Below, piece by piece: positions 1-10,468 of a DNA stretch of 32,000 nucleotides. Every line of letters begins with the position of its first letter. The first letter of the stretch is position 1. Both the position numbers and the translations under genes were made by a program. Source of the DNA: Psychrobacter sp. DM4 (lineage in GTDB: Bacteria > Pseudomonadota > Gammaproteobacteria > Pseudomonadales > Moraxellaceae); contig NZ_CP195536.1 in assembly GCF_051307035.1 (NCBI RefSeq), forward strand, positions 240,001 through 272,000. Direction: 5' to 3'. Under the pieces are notes generated by a model. It saw only the letters and a list, made by a program, of their open reading frames with translations, had not been told where the DNA came from and ran no database searches.

Positions 1-128
1 AGCAGGCGAAAAACAGTTTGCAAGTTGTGATAGCCGTCGTTGCGCCTGCCTATGATATGCAAAAACAGATTAATCTTGGCAGGGGACAAGCGGGTGACGG
101 TTTGATTAGTCATATGATTTTGTGTCAT
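1..128 (-). CDS. ispE: 4-diphosphocytidyl-2-C-methyl-D-erythritol kinase IspE, N-terminal fragment (runs off window edge)
   Basis: My reverse-strand translation from the ATG at 128-126 gives [42 protein letters not shown]. This matches the conserved IspE N-terminus ([17 protein letters not shown]). It lies directly downstream of lolB on the same strand, the usual lolB-ispE arrangement. An alternative start is at 113. Confidence 0.8.
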   Translation of the reverse strand, partial: MTQNHMTNQTVTRLSPAKINLFLHIIGRRNDGYHNLQTVFRL

Positions 129-162
129 AGGTAATATGGATTCAATATATCAGCAGTGCGAC

Positions 163-816
163 TTAACGATCTTGATGATTAATAGTCATGATAACCTTTT
201 GACCTTGAGACTGCGTCGCGCTGATTTTGTTGGGCAGCTTATCAGCGCCTTTATACGTAAAATTAGCAGTCCAAGATCCATTGACTGAGCTAATCAAACG
301 ATTTTGCGCGTCCATCTGTGCGTTGCTATCTGAGGGCGCGGGGCGACCCGATATCCAATACGGCATTTGTGAGATGGGCGCTTGCCAGCCAGTAGCCTCT
401 AGTAGCAAAGTCTCTGGATCATCCGCCGTGAGCGTGCCTGTCTTTTCGCTGACTAGCGTGGCTGTCTGACCATTGTATTCGATGTTGGTTTTACCAATCC
501 CCAAAGCACCAATGAGCTCAATGGCGAAGCGGTCGTTTTGTTGTCCCCATGCATAGAACGCACTACCGCCTTGCGTGCCTGCATCGACCGAGCCATCAGC
601 GGGAGTGCTCTGCGGCATTGATGGCATAGTCACCCCAATTTTACCGTTGATGGTAAAGTTGTCGAGCTTCTGCGCTTGCATAGTAGGGCTGCTAGTAGGA
701 GGAGTGGCGGCGCTTTGTAGCGATTGGCATCCAGAGGTTATCAATAAAGCAGAGGTTAGGGCAGCCAATGTAGAGAGACGAGTACTCAGCGGGGTTTTTG
801 GTGATAAAGACGACAT
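163..816 (-). CDS. lolB: outer-membrane lipoprotein LolB
   Basis: 217-aa ORF with a signal peptide ending in a lipobox-like ITSGC. The body fits the LolB pattern (FYAWGQQNDRFAIELIGALG...ATGWQAPISQMPYWISGRPAP). Synteny TPR-lolB-ispE, divergent from hemA. Confidence 0.8.
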   Translation of the reverse strand: MSSLSPKTPLSTRLSTLAALTSALLITSGCQSLQSAATPPTSSPTMQAQKLDNFTINGKIGVTMPSMPQSTPADGSVDAGTQGGSAFYAWGQQNDRFAIELIGALGIGKTNIEYNGQTATLVSEKTGTLTADDPETLLLEATGWQAPISQMPYWISGRPAPSDSNAQMDAQNRLISSVNGSWTANFTYKGADKLPNKISATQSQGQKVIMTINHQDR

Positions 817-948
817 ATTTATTCCTCAAAATAAAAGCAAATGGTTGTGATTTTAAAAGTACAGCTTACGCGTCGTTTGTTACTCAGTTATGCCTTTTAT
901 TGAGTACATTGTTCTCAAGACATTTGTACTGTTGGTAACGGACGAGAA

Positions 949-2793
949 TCAATAAAGCTGTATGCGGTCATTGACGTTTTGTTGCCCAAAAGAGAAGCGC
1001 TTTTGTAAATCCTCTAACAAAATTTTGACCTGGTTGTCATTACCTAAGCCTTGATAAGCCCGCAGTAGTAGTACTCCAGACTCTAGTGTCGGTAGGACGT
1101 CATAAGGTGTCTGCAAATAGCTTATCACCTGCGCGTACTCGTCATTGGCCAGTGCATTATCAGCGAGTACATTGAGCGCTTGCAAGTGCAAGTTGTTATC
1201 GTAGCGCGGGTCGTCATAGCGGATTTGAACAATGGCTTGTGCTAAGGCAATGCCTTGCTGAGATTGACGGTTATTGGCTAAGAGTAATTGCGCGTAGCTA
1301 AGCTTATAAGCTAAATGGTTCGGGTCAAGCCCCTGCAAGTGATTGAGTAAAGTACGCTTGATCACATAATCGCTGCGATTATCAAGGAGTTGTACGCGCG
1401 CAAATAATAGGTCTTCGTTATCTGGATGCTCGCGGCTGGCGCGTGATAGTAGCGCTAGGGCCTTATCTTTTTGATCCTGCTGCCATAAGATATCAGCCTG
1501 CAAGATATAAGCTTCAGGTGCAAACATCTCAAACTGCTGACGTAGTTCCTCAAGCGTTGCGATAGCGGCTTCAGTATTATTGTCATTGAGCTCAAAGGCG
1601 ACTACTTTTTTGCGTGCTGCGAGTACTAGATCCTCTTGCATAACGCCATTTAGGTAGTATTTGGCCTGAGCAAAGCGCTGCTGACGCTCGGCACTAATGC
1701 CCAAATAGTAGTAGGCTTGATCAAGATAACTTGTACTCTTTGCCAGTTGGTTCAACAGAGTATCTGCACTGCTATATTCTTCTATATCTAGACTGACCAA
1801 GGCTGCAAGCAAAGTAATCTCTGCATCATCAAAACGCCCATTGGCATTAAGAAGCAGATCCCAAGCTTGACGGCTTTGACCTAAGTCAAGAAGGTAACGG
1901 ATTTCGTATAGGTATAGGCTTTTATTAGAGGGACTGCGTAAGCGCGCTTGACTAAGATACTCAGTAACCACGTCTGGAGATTCAAGTTTGCGCAGGATAT
2001 CCGCTTTTAAAGTGATAAAAGGAACGTAGTCTGGTTGACGAACCAAAGCGCGATCAATATGTACAAGTGCCATTTTGGGCTCATCAAATTGCAACAATAA
2101 ACCGGCCTTTAGCACCGATAATGACGCGTTCTGTTTGCTATCGATGAGTTGCAAAGCTGCCAGTAGTTCGCGTCTGTCCTCGTCTGCTTCAGGGTAGATA
2201 CCGACTAAAACTTCGCTCAAATCAGCCCTTGGGTCATCTCGCAAAATAAGCGTAAGCGTTTGAGCGGCTAAGTTGTAATCGTGAGCCTTGAGTGCTAAAT
2301 GAGCGACATAGAACCAAGCAGGCACGTGTTCAGGATTGCGCTCTTGCCACGCCTTGGCAAACGCTAAAGAGGACTCAAAACCTTCACCGCGCAGAGATAA
2401 GCTAAGCGCCCTCTCAAACACAGGCGTGGCGTTTTCTTTAAAAGATTGTTGTTTATAGATAGTAAGCGCACGAGGCATATCGCCACGATCCGCTGCAAAT
2501 TCAGCATTTAGTAGCGCATACAAGCTTGGCTCGTCACGAGGGGATGAATCTGTGACTAAGACATCGGTGGCGCTATTGACAGCGCCATCTATTACCTCAA
2601 TATTGCGAGTAATCGAGACAGAAATATTAGGGTCAGCCGCCAGCGCAGGTGCGCCTAAGTATAAACAGGCGCTTAGCATTAGAGCCAACTTGTGCTGGTG
2701 GCACAGACGATCGACAATCTTGCGCCATAACGCTTGAAGGTTAAAATCATCATGCACACGCTGTAAATGTAACGAAGTACCAAAAAGTTTCAT
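949..2793 (-). CDS. tetratricopeptide-repeat (TPR) protein, probably exported
   Basis: 614-aa ORF that is helical-repeat rich, with many A/L/Y-rich ~34-aa units. A hydrophobic signal-like segment (LALMLSACLYLGAPALAA) sits near residue 36-55, so the true start may be internal (for example M39 at 2679). It occupies the position of the conserved TPR gene upstream of lolB. Confidence 0.8.
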   Translation of the reverse strand: MKLFGTSLHLQRVHDDFNLQALWRKIVDRLCHQHKLALMLSACLYLGAPALAADPNISVSITRNIEVIDGAVNSATDVLVTDSSPRDEPSLYALLNAEFAADRGDMPRALTIYKQQSFKENATPVFERALSLSLRGEGFESSLAFAKAWQERNPEHVPAWFYVAHLALKAHDYNLAAQTLTLILRDDPRADLSEVLVGIYPEADEDRRELLAALQLIDSKQNASLSVLKAGLLLQFDEPKMALVHIDRALVRQPDYVPFITLKADILRKLESPDVVTEYLSQARLRSPSNKSLYLYEIRYLLDLGQSRQAWDLLLNANGRFDDAEITLLAALVSLDIEEYSSADTLLNQLAKSTSYLDQAYYYLGISAERQQRFAQAKYYLNGVMQEDLVLAARKKVVAFELNDNNTEAAIATLEELRQQFEMFAPEAYILQADILWQQDQKDKALALLSRASREHPDNEDLLFARVQLLDNRSDYVIKRTLLNHLQGLDPNHLAYKLSYAQLLLANNRQSQQGIALAQAIVQIRYDDPRYDNNLHLQALNVLADNALANDEYAQVISYLQTPYDVLPTLESGVLLLRAYQGLGNDNQVKILLEDLQKRFSFGQQNVNDRIQLY

Positions 2794-3203
2794 AGAAAAC
2801 AGTATTCGCCTATAGTGTGTCTAAAAGTGTCTATCAAAAAAGTATGACTTTAAGACATGCCACTCTGCGCTGAACTAAAAGTGACTTTGTAAGTAGGCTC
2901 ATTATAAGAGTAGAAGATTACGATTAACAATAGCGTCCTTGTTAAGCAAAAAATTAAGTAATAAGTGAGTCTGCTAAACAATACCGATGCCTCTTATAAA
3001 TGACTACTCAGATGCATGGTGGTAGTTGATTTGTCGCCTGAGCGCCCAGATAAAGATAAATAGCATTAGGGTCAGAGGGTAGGTATTAAATTAACCCTAT
3101 AAGAGTGATATAATAGATAACTTTTAGTGTATGTATTCAATAGCTGCCCTTTATAGACCAAGTTATTGCTTGGTGGGCGCATGACGTAGACGGTCTGTCG
3201 ATA

Positions 3204-4526
3204 ATGAGATTAGTGGTCATCGGGGTCAATCACAAAACCGCACCAGTCGCTCTACGTGAGCGCTTGGCACTTATTGGTGAGGATGTCACTACCGCGCTTG
3301 AGCAGTTAGAGCGTTTTACTGATGGTAGCGTGATTGTCTCAACATGCAACCGTACTGAGATCTATGCTTTGGTACCAAAGGAAGATGATACAAGCTCTGC
3401 GATGTCGATATCATCGGCTGCGGTGAATGCGCACGTGTTACGGATAAAAAATTGGCTTGCCAACTTTAAGCGTATAGCGTTGAGCGATATCAATGACTAT
3501 CTATACGTGCACTGCGATACTCATGCGTTGACGCATTGGCTACGGGTTGCCGCAGGCCTAGACTCTATGATATTAGGTGAGCCGCAGATACTAGGTCAAA
3601 TCAAGCAAGCCGTGCATCTGGCGCAAAACGGACAGGCGCTTACTACGCAACTGGGCTGGATTGTTGATCAAGTGTTTGCGTCAGCCAAGCGCGTGCGCAA
3701 TGAGACTCAAGTGGGCGCGCAAGCGGTATCGCTTGGGTTTGCAGCAGCCAAGCTCTCCACCCAGATATTTGATAACCTGCCCAGTCGCACCTTGCTAGTC
3801 GTTGCCGCAGGCGAGATGAACCGTTTGGTGGCAACCCACATCGCAGGTCTAGGTATTGGACGTGTGATCATCTGTAATCGCAGTTCTGAACGCGCGCAAA
3901 TATTAGCTGATGAGCTGCGTAGTGCCAGTTGTCAGGTTGAGGTGCGCCCGCTAAAAGATCTACCGCAAGTGCTGTCTGAGGCTGATATTGTCAGTAGTTG
4001 TAGCGGTAGTATGGACTTGTTGATCGATAAAAACATGGTGATGCAAGCGCTCAAACGCCGTCGTTATCAGCCGATGCTCATGGTCGATCTAGCAGTACCA
4101 CGCGATATCGATGATACTATCAGTCAGATAGATGATGTCTACCTATACTCTGTCGACGACTTACAACATGTGATCGCAGGCAATATTGAGCAGCGCCGCC
4201 AAGCGGCTGTGGATGCTGAGCTCTTAGTCAGTCAACTGGTCATTGAGATGGAGCGACGATTCGCTGTGCGTCAAGTAGGGCGAGACATTCAAGAGTATCG
4301 TATGCGCACTCATGATCAGGTGGATAAGGTATTAAGTGAATCCATCGCTAAGCTGACAGAGGGTGATACAAGCGCTGAGGACATCGTCATTGAGCTCACA
4401 AGGCGTTTGACCCAGACGCTCACGCATGCGCCCTCCAAGCTCATGCGCAAAGCGGCTCGAGAAGGTGATAGTGAATTGCTCAATTTTGTAGTTTCAGGAC
4501 TTAACGATTCTTATCGCCCGCGCTAG
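3204..4526 (+). CDS. hemA: glutamyl-tRNA reductase
   Basis: 440-aa ORF. The N-terminus MRLVVIGVNHKTAPVALRE and the catalytic STCNRTEIY motif are diagnostic of HemA. A GAGEM NADPH-binding region is present, and the C-terminal tail contains LTHAPSK. Confidence 0.95.
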   Translation: MRLVVIGVNHKTAPVALRERLALIGEDVTTALEQLERFTDGSVIVSTCNRTEIYALVPKEDDTSSAMSISSAAVNAHVLRIKNWLANFKRIALSDINDYLYVHCDTHALTHWLRVAAGLDSMILGEPQILGQIKQAVHLAQNGQALTTQLGWIVDQVFASAKRVRNETQVGAQAVSLGFAAAKLSTQIFDNLPSRTLLVVAAGEMNRLVATHIAGLGIGRVIICNRSSERAQILADELRSASCQVEVRPLKDLPQVLSEADIVSSCSGSMDLLIDKNMVMQALKRRRYQPMLMVDLAVPRDIDDTISQIDDVYLYSVDDLQHVIAGNIEQRRQAAVDAELLVSQLVIEMERRFAVRQVGRDIQEYRMRTHDQVDKVLSESIAKLTEGDTSAEDIVIELTRRLTQTLTHAPSKLMRKAAREGDSELLNFVVSGLNDSYRPR

Positions 4527-4700
4527 CTTCATGTTTAGTGACTTATGCTTGATACTTATACTTAATAACAGTGATACCCTTTATATAAATTACTCTATTC
4601 TACCAACCAGCAAAACTAGCAGTATTTTAGCAAGGTTTGTTTAAAGTTAACTTTAACGCCTTTCATTGTAGTAAATTTAATCCCCAATTAGGAGCACGCC

Positions 4701-5849
4701 ATGACCGCATTACGCCAAGACATCGATCCAAACGGTTTATTAGAGTATTCAGTGGTTTACACTGACCGCGCTTTGAACCACATGTCAAAAGCTTTTCAGC
4801 AAGTGATGAATGATTTATCTAGCGATCTAAAATCTGTCTATAACGCTGATGCGGTAGTCATCGTACCTGGTGCAGGTACTTATGGTATGGAAGCGGTTGC
4901 CAATCAATTGGCTCGTGACCAAGACTGCTTAATCATTCGTAACGGTTGGTTTAGCTACCGCTGGACGCAGATTTTGGAAAAAGGCAGTTTTGCCAAATCC
5001 TCGACAGTACTAACCGCCAACCGTACTGATGCTCTTGATCAAAGCAGCGATACGCCAAAACCTTTTGCGCCAGTTGCTATCGAGGAGGCAGTTGCCAAGA
5101 TTAAAGCTGAAAAACCTGCGATCGTCTTTGCGCCGCACGTTGAGACTTCAGCAGGTATCATCTTGCCTGATGACTACATCAAAGCCTTGGCTGATGCAAC
5201 TCATAGCGTTGGCGGCCTACTAGTTATCGATTGTATTGCCTCAGGTTGTGTCTGGCTTGATATGAAGGCTTTGGGCATTGATGTACTCATTAGCGCCCCG
5301 CAAAAAGGCTGGAGCAGCACCCCTTGCGCAGGCCTTGTGATGTTGAGCACAGCCGCGATCAAAAGAGTAGAGGAGACTGAGTCTACTAGCTTTAGCTTAG
5401 ATCTAAAACAATGGCTCACTATCATGCGCGCTTATGAGAATGGCGGTCATGCTTATCATGCGACGATGCCAACCGATGGTCTACGTCAGTTCCGCGATAC
5501 GATAAATGAGGCCAAAAAAATTGGTTTTGACAAGCTTTGTGACGCGCAGTGGACACTTGGCAAGCGTATTCGCGAAGTACTAGAAGGTAGAGGCGTTGAG
5601 AGCGTGGCAGCCAACGGCTTCAAAGCGCCAGGCGTAGTAGTGTGCTATACCGATCGTGATGATATGCATAAAGGTAGCGCCTTTGCTGAGGCAGGTATGC
5701 AGATTGCCGCCGGCGTTCCCCTAAAGGTAGGTGAGCCTGAGAGCTTCAAGACTTTCCGCCTAGGTCTGTTTGGTCTCGATAAGCTAACGGATATCGATAA
5801 CGCAGTGACGCGTTTTGAATCGGTTCTTGATAAGGTGCTTGCCAAATAA
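4701..5849 (+). CDS. class V (AGT/PhnW-like) PLP-dependent aminotransferase
   Basis: 382-aa ORF with an AGGAG Shine-Dalgarno 8 nt upstream. It has the GAGTYGMEA motif and a SAPQKGW PLP-lysine motif typical of serine-pyruvate/alanine-glyoxylate-type aminotransferases. The substrate cannot be determined from sequence. Confidence 0.85.
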   Translation: MTALRQDIDPNGLLEYSVVYTDRALNHMSKAFQQVMNDLSSDLKSVYNADAVVIVPGAGTYGMEAVANQLARDQDCLIIRNGWFSYRWTQILEKGSFAKSSTVLTANRTDALDQSSDTPKPFAPVAIEEAVAKIKAEKPAIVFAPHVETSAGIILPDDYIKALADATHSVGGLLVIDCIASGCVWLDMKALGIDVLISAPQKGWSSTPCAGLVMLSTAAIKRVEETESTSFSLDLKQWLTIMRAYENGGHAYHATMPTDGLRQFRDTINEAKKIGFDKLCDAQWTLGKRIREVLEGRGVESVAANGFKAPGVVVCYTDRDDMHKGSAFAEAGMQIAAGVPLKVGEPESFKTFRLGLFGLDKLTDIDNAVTRFESVLDKVLAK

Positions 5850-5883
5850 TAGTTATATTTATTGGAACTTGATTCATTAACAG

Positions 5884-5921
5884 GTGCTGAGTCTCCTATT
5901 TTGGGACTTGGCACTTTTTTT
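5884..5921 (+). terminator. rho-independent terminator after the aminotransferase gene
   Basis: 12-bp stem gtgctgagtctc / gggacttggcac, in which all three non-Watson-Crick positions are G-U on the + strand. It is followed by a T7 run. Confidence 0.6.
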
Positions 5922-6020
5922 GGCTATTTGTTATATTTTATAATATAATGTTTTTTTATAAATAGATGCTTTCTACATTTACAGGCATCTGACTAGCATA
6001 TCTTAAATTGAGTAATCATT

Positions 6021-6458
6021 ATGAGCATACAAGTCGATTGGCAAGCTTTTACACCAGTGTCACTAGTGGGCGGTCTAATCATAGGCGTTGCTACCGTAGT
6101 GCTGTTACTCGGCATTGGGCGCATCGCTGGTATTAGTGGTATCAGTGCCAGTTTACTCAAGCCCAAACGCGTCGAGCTGTGGCAAGTGTTATTCGTCTTA
6201 GGCTTGGTCATCTCGCCGCTACTCTATCAGCTGATAGCACCGCTACCGCCTATGGAAGTGACCAGTTCGCTGCCGTTACTGATTGGCGCAGGTTTGCTGG
6301 TTGGCTTCGGTACGCGTCTGGGTTCTGGCTGCACAAGTGGTCATGGCATCTGTGGTAATGCGCGCCTGTCACCGCGCTCGATGGTGGCGACGGTAACCTT
6401 TATGCTCTTTGGTATTCTCACCGTTTATATCGGCAGGCAAGTATTGGGCTTAATCTAA
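6021..6458 (+). CDS. YeeE/YedE-family membrane protein (sulfur-compound transport component), half-size
   Basis: 145-aa polytopic membrane ORF carrying the signature GCTSGHGICG loop of the YeeE/YedE family. Confidence 0.8.
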   Translation: MSIQVDWQAFTPVSLVGGLIIGVATVVLLLGIGRIAGISGISASLLKPKRVELWQVLFVLGLVISPLLYQLIAPLPPMEVTSSLPLLIGAGLLVGFGTRLGSGCTSGHGICGNARLSPRSMVATVTFMLFGILTVYIGRQVLGLI

Positions 6459-6508
6459 CGTCGGTTTTATCAAAATAGAAGCAGTATCTAAAGAGAGTGA
6501 GGCGAATA

Positions 6509-6928
6509 ATGCTAAAGAATACTATTGGATTACTAGTAGGGTTGATATTCGGGTTTGGTCTGCTGATATCAGGGATGACCAATCCTGAAAAGGTATTAGG
6601 ATTTTTGGATGTCTTTGGCGCGTGGGATATCTCATTGGCGCTAGTAATGGGCGGCGGTCTAGCAGTGGCTTTGGTTGGTGTACAATTGGCTCGGCGTCAA
6701 AAGCTCAGCTGGATTGGGACTGAGATTGATATGCCAAGCAAAACGATCATTACTAAAAGGCTTGTCATCGGTGCCATGCTGTTCGGTATCGGTTGGGGCT
6801 TGGTTGGTATTTGCCCAGGTCCAGGCATTGTGTTACTGGGCACAGGAGCGTGGCAAGCCTTTGTATTTATCCCTGCGATGATCGTCGGAATGCTTGCCTT
6901 TCAGTGGCTTGAACCAAAAATAAGCTAA
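6509..6928 (+). CDS. YeeE/YedE-like membrane protein (second half-size partner, DUF6691-like)
   Basis: Membrane ORF with N-terminus MLKNTIGLLVGLIFGFGLLISGMTNPEKVLGFLD and a GICPGPG loop. I prefer the ATG at 6509 (GAGG Shine-Dalgarno about 7 nt upstream) over the GTG at 6497 in the ORF track. Confidence 0.8.
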   Translation: MLKNTIGLLVGLIFGFGLLISGMTNPEKVLGFLDVFGAWDISLALVMGGGLAVALVGVQLARRQKLSWIGTEIDMPSKTIITKRLVIGAMLFGIGWGLVGICPGPGIVLLGTGAWQAFVFIPAMIVGMLAFQWLEPKIS

Positions 6929-6953
6929 CGTAAAAAATCTTTAGCGTGTAAAA

Positions 6954-6990
6954 AGGTGCAGTCTATTCTCTTAGACTGCGCCTTTTTTTG
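6954..6990 (+). terminator. rho-independent terminator after the YeeE/YedE pair
   Basis: Stem aggtgcagtcta / tagactgcgcct (one G-U), 6-nt loop, then T7. Confidence 0.65.
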
Positions 6991-7157
6991 TGTCTTAAAC
7001 TCAGTTTGGTGTATTTTTTCGCTTCACATTAGCATTCATTATAGCCAGAGATACGTCAAAAGTGAGCTTGTTTTTATGCTTGGTTCATTGAATAACCATG
7101 TGCTCAAAACAACACCTGTATTAATCTCACTCATCAGTCGTTTGTCTGCGTAGATGA

Positions 7158-9389
<2,232 letters not shown>

Positions 9390-9423
9390 GGTTTGATTTA
9401 AAGTTGTAGTGTAAGATTAGCAG

Positions 9424-9454
9424 ACGGTAGGGGAGCAATTTCCTGCCGTTTTTT
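9424..9454 (+). terminator. rho-independent terminator after fadH
   Basis: 8-bp stem acggtagg / cctgccgt (one G-U), 10-nt loop, T6 run. Confidence 0.65.
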
Positions 9455-9542
9455 CGTAGGGTGGATTTTATTCTGAAATCATTTTTATGCCATTAAAAAG
9501 GAATCTTTATGGTGAGCAAATCTATAATATTAATATCTAACA

Positions 9543-9551
9543 GGGGGGGGG
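9543..9551. repeat. G9 homopolymeric tract in an AT-rich intergenic region
   Basis: Counted directly: nine consecutive G at 9543-9551, then aggg. It lies 97 nt upstream of the ATG at 9648 and inside a 26-codon mini-ORF (9509-9589). Confidence 0.9.
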
Positions 9552-9647
9552 AGGGTGACCTTTTATCTTCAATCTCTTTGATCGCTTGAAAAAAAATAAC
9601 CCACTTTGCGCTTGCCAACATATAGATGAGGAAGGAATATAATACTT

Positions 9648-10166
9648 ATGGATAAACTTAGAGAAATGATTGATTCATTTAACAAGTCAATTACAGTTTT
9701 AAACCAGTCTGGTTATGATAAACAAAGCTTACTTTTGTTTTTGACGTATTTAGATCAATTAGGATGGTTAATATCACCAAAAAATGAATTCTCAGGCGGT
9801 TCTGACTTTAAAAAGTGGATTGACACCTACTGTGATTTGACTAAAGTAGGATGTACATCTACTGATCTATGGAATACCAGATGTTCATTTTTACATATGG
9901 GAACTGCTGAACATAAAAACTTCAATAGTGAAAAACATTTCAGATTAGCATTTTATCAAAATATAAGTCTTTCAGACCAAGAGATTTCAAGTGAAGAAAA
10001 AAAGTATCCAAGGCCAACTAAGCTAATTAATACATTTGCTTTATATAATTGTGTTAACAATGGGATAGATAGCTTTCTTCAGGCTATAGAGCTTAATGCT
10101 ACACTAAAGTCATCTGTATTAGATAAATGTGAAAAAATGAATGATTCATATGTTCTGAATAGATAA
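9648..10166 (+). CDS. hypothetical protein (172 aa), AT-rich orphan with a central R-x4-H motif
   Basis: Clean ORF with an AGGAAGGA Shine-Dalgarno about 9 nt upstream. All five Arg codons are AGA/AGG, whereas the neighbours use mostly CGN. It is visibly AT-richer than the flanks. I recognise no family. The motif WNTRCSFLHMG spans residues 75-85. Confidence 0.6.
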   Translation: MDKLREMIDSFNKSITVLNQSGYDKQSLLLFLTYLDQLGWLISPKNEFSGGSDFKKWIDTYCDLTKVGCTSTDLWNTRCSFLHMGTAEHKNFNSEKHFRLAFYQNISLSDQEISSEEKKYPRPTKLINTFALYNCVNNGIDSFLQAIELNATLKSSVLDKCEKMNDSYVLNR

Positions 10167-10248
10167 GCCCAGCCTAAGTAATAGCCGCTAACTAAAAAAC
10201 CATATTTAGATATCAATAGTCGCCTTGCGATGCGCTTTAGCTCTTACA

Positions 10249-10389
10249 GTAGCAGCTATCCTGCTCGTTTGGGCGAGTTGCGGTGGTTAGGTTTTGCGGT
10301 GGCTCGCAGAGTATGAGATATCACAAACCTTAGCCAACACCTCGCCTAAATGAGCATATATAAACGGAGAGCAGGAAACAGCTTGCTAC
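10249..10389 (+). repeat. about 141-nt imperfect long inverted repeat (candidate structured RNA or palindromic element)
   Basis: Outer arms 10249-10266 / 10369-10389 form about 17 bp. Inner arms 10268-10291 / 10328-10350 form about 20 bp. Two G-U pairs (10271-10347 and 10287-10333) work only if the + strand is the RNA. The apical region is 10292-10327. Confidence 0.5.
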
Positions 10390-10468
10390 TCAAAAAAGCC
10401 TCCTCACAGAACCCCACATCCATGCTAAATTAAACCCTATCAATCTGCCATATAAAAAGGAATTTAGC

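Noticed and set aside
6497-6508. GTG start for the second YeeE/YedE-like gene, as in the ORF track
   Set aside because: The ATG at 6509 has a GAGG Shine-Dalgarno at proper spacing and gives the family-typical N-terminus. The GTG extension (MRRI) overlaps that Shine-Dalgarno.
6956-7153. 65-aa ORF in the YeeE-fadH intergenic region
   Set aside because: It starts with a non-ATG codon inside the terminator hairpin at 6954-6990, has no Shine-Dalgarno, and translates to an implausible hydrophobic, low-complexity peptide.
10249-10389. Integron attC site, with the 172-aa ORF as a gene cassette
   Set aside because: The element is an imperfect palindrome of attC-like size, but the core motifs are in the wrong order. 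GTTAGGT (GTTRRRY-like) lies in the 5' arm and its partner in the 3' arm, on either strand. No RYYYAAC ... GTTRRRY pair bounds the element. No intI or neighbouring cassettes exist.
10249-10389. 6S RNA (ssrS), suggested by the long rod-like hairpin
   Set aside because: It is shorter than typical 6S RNA. I could see no clear central bubble with the conserved flanking closing stems. The genomic context is wrong, as 6S normally precedes a 5-formyl-THF cyclo-ligase gene. An Rfam scan would settle it.
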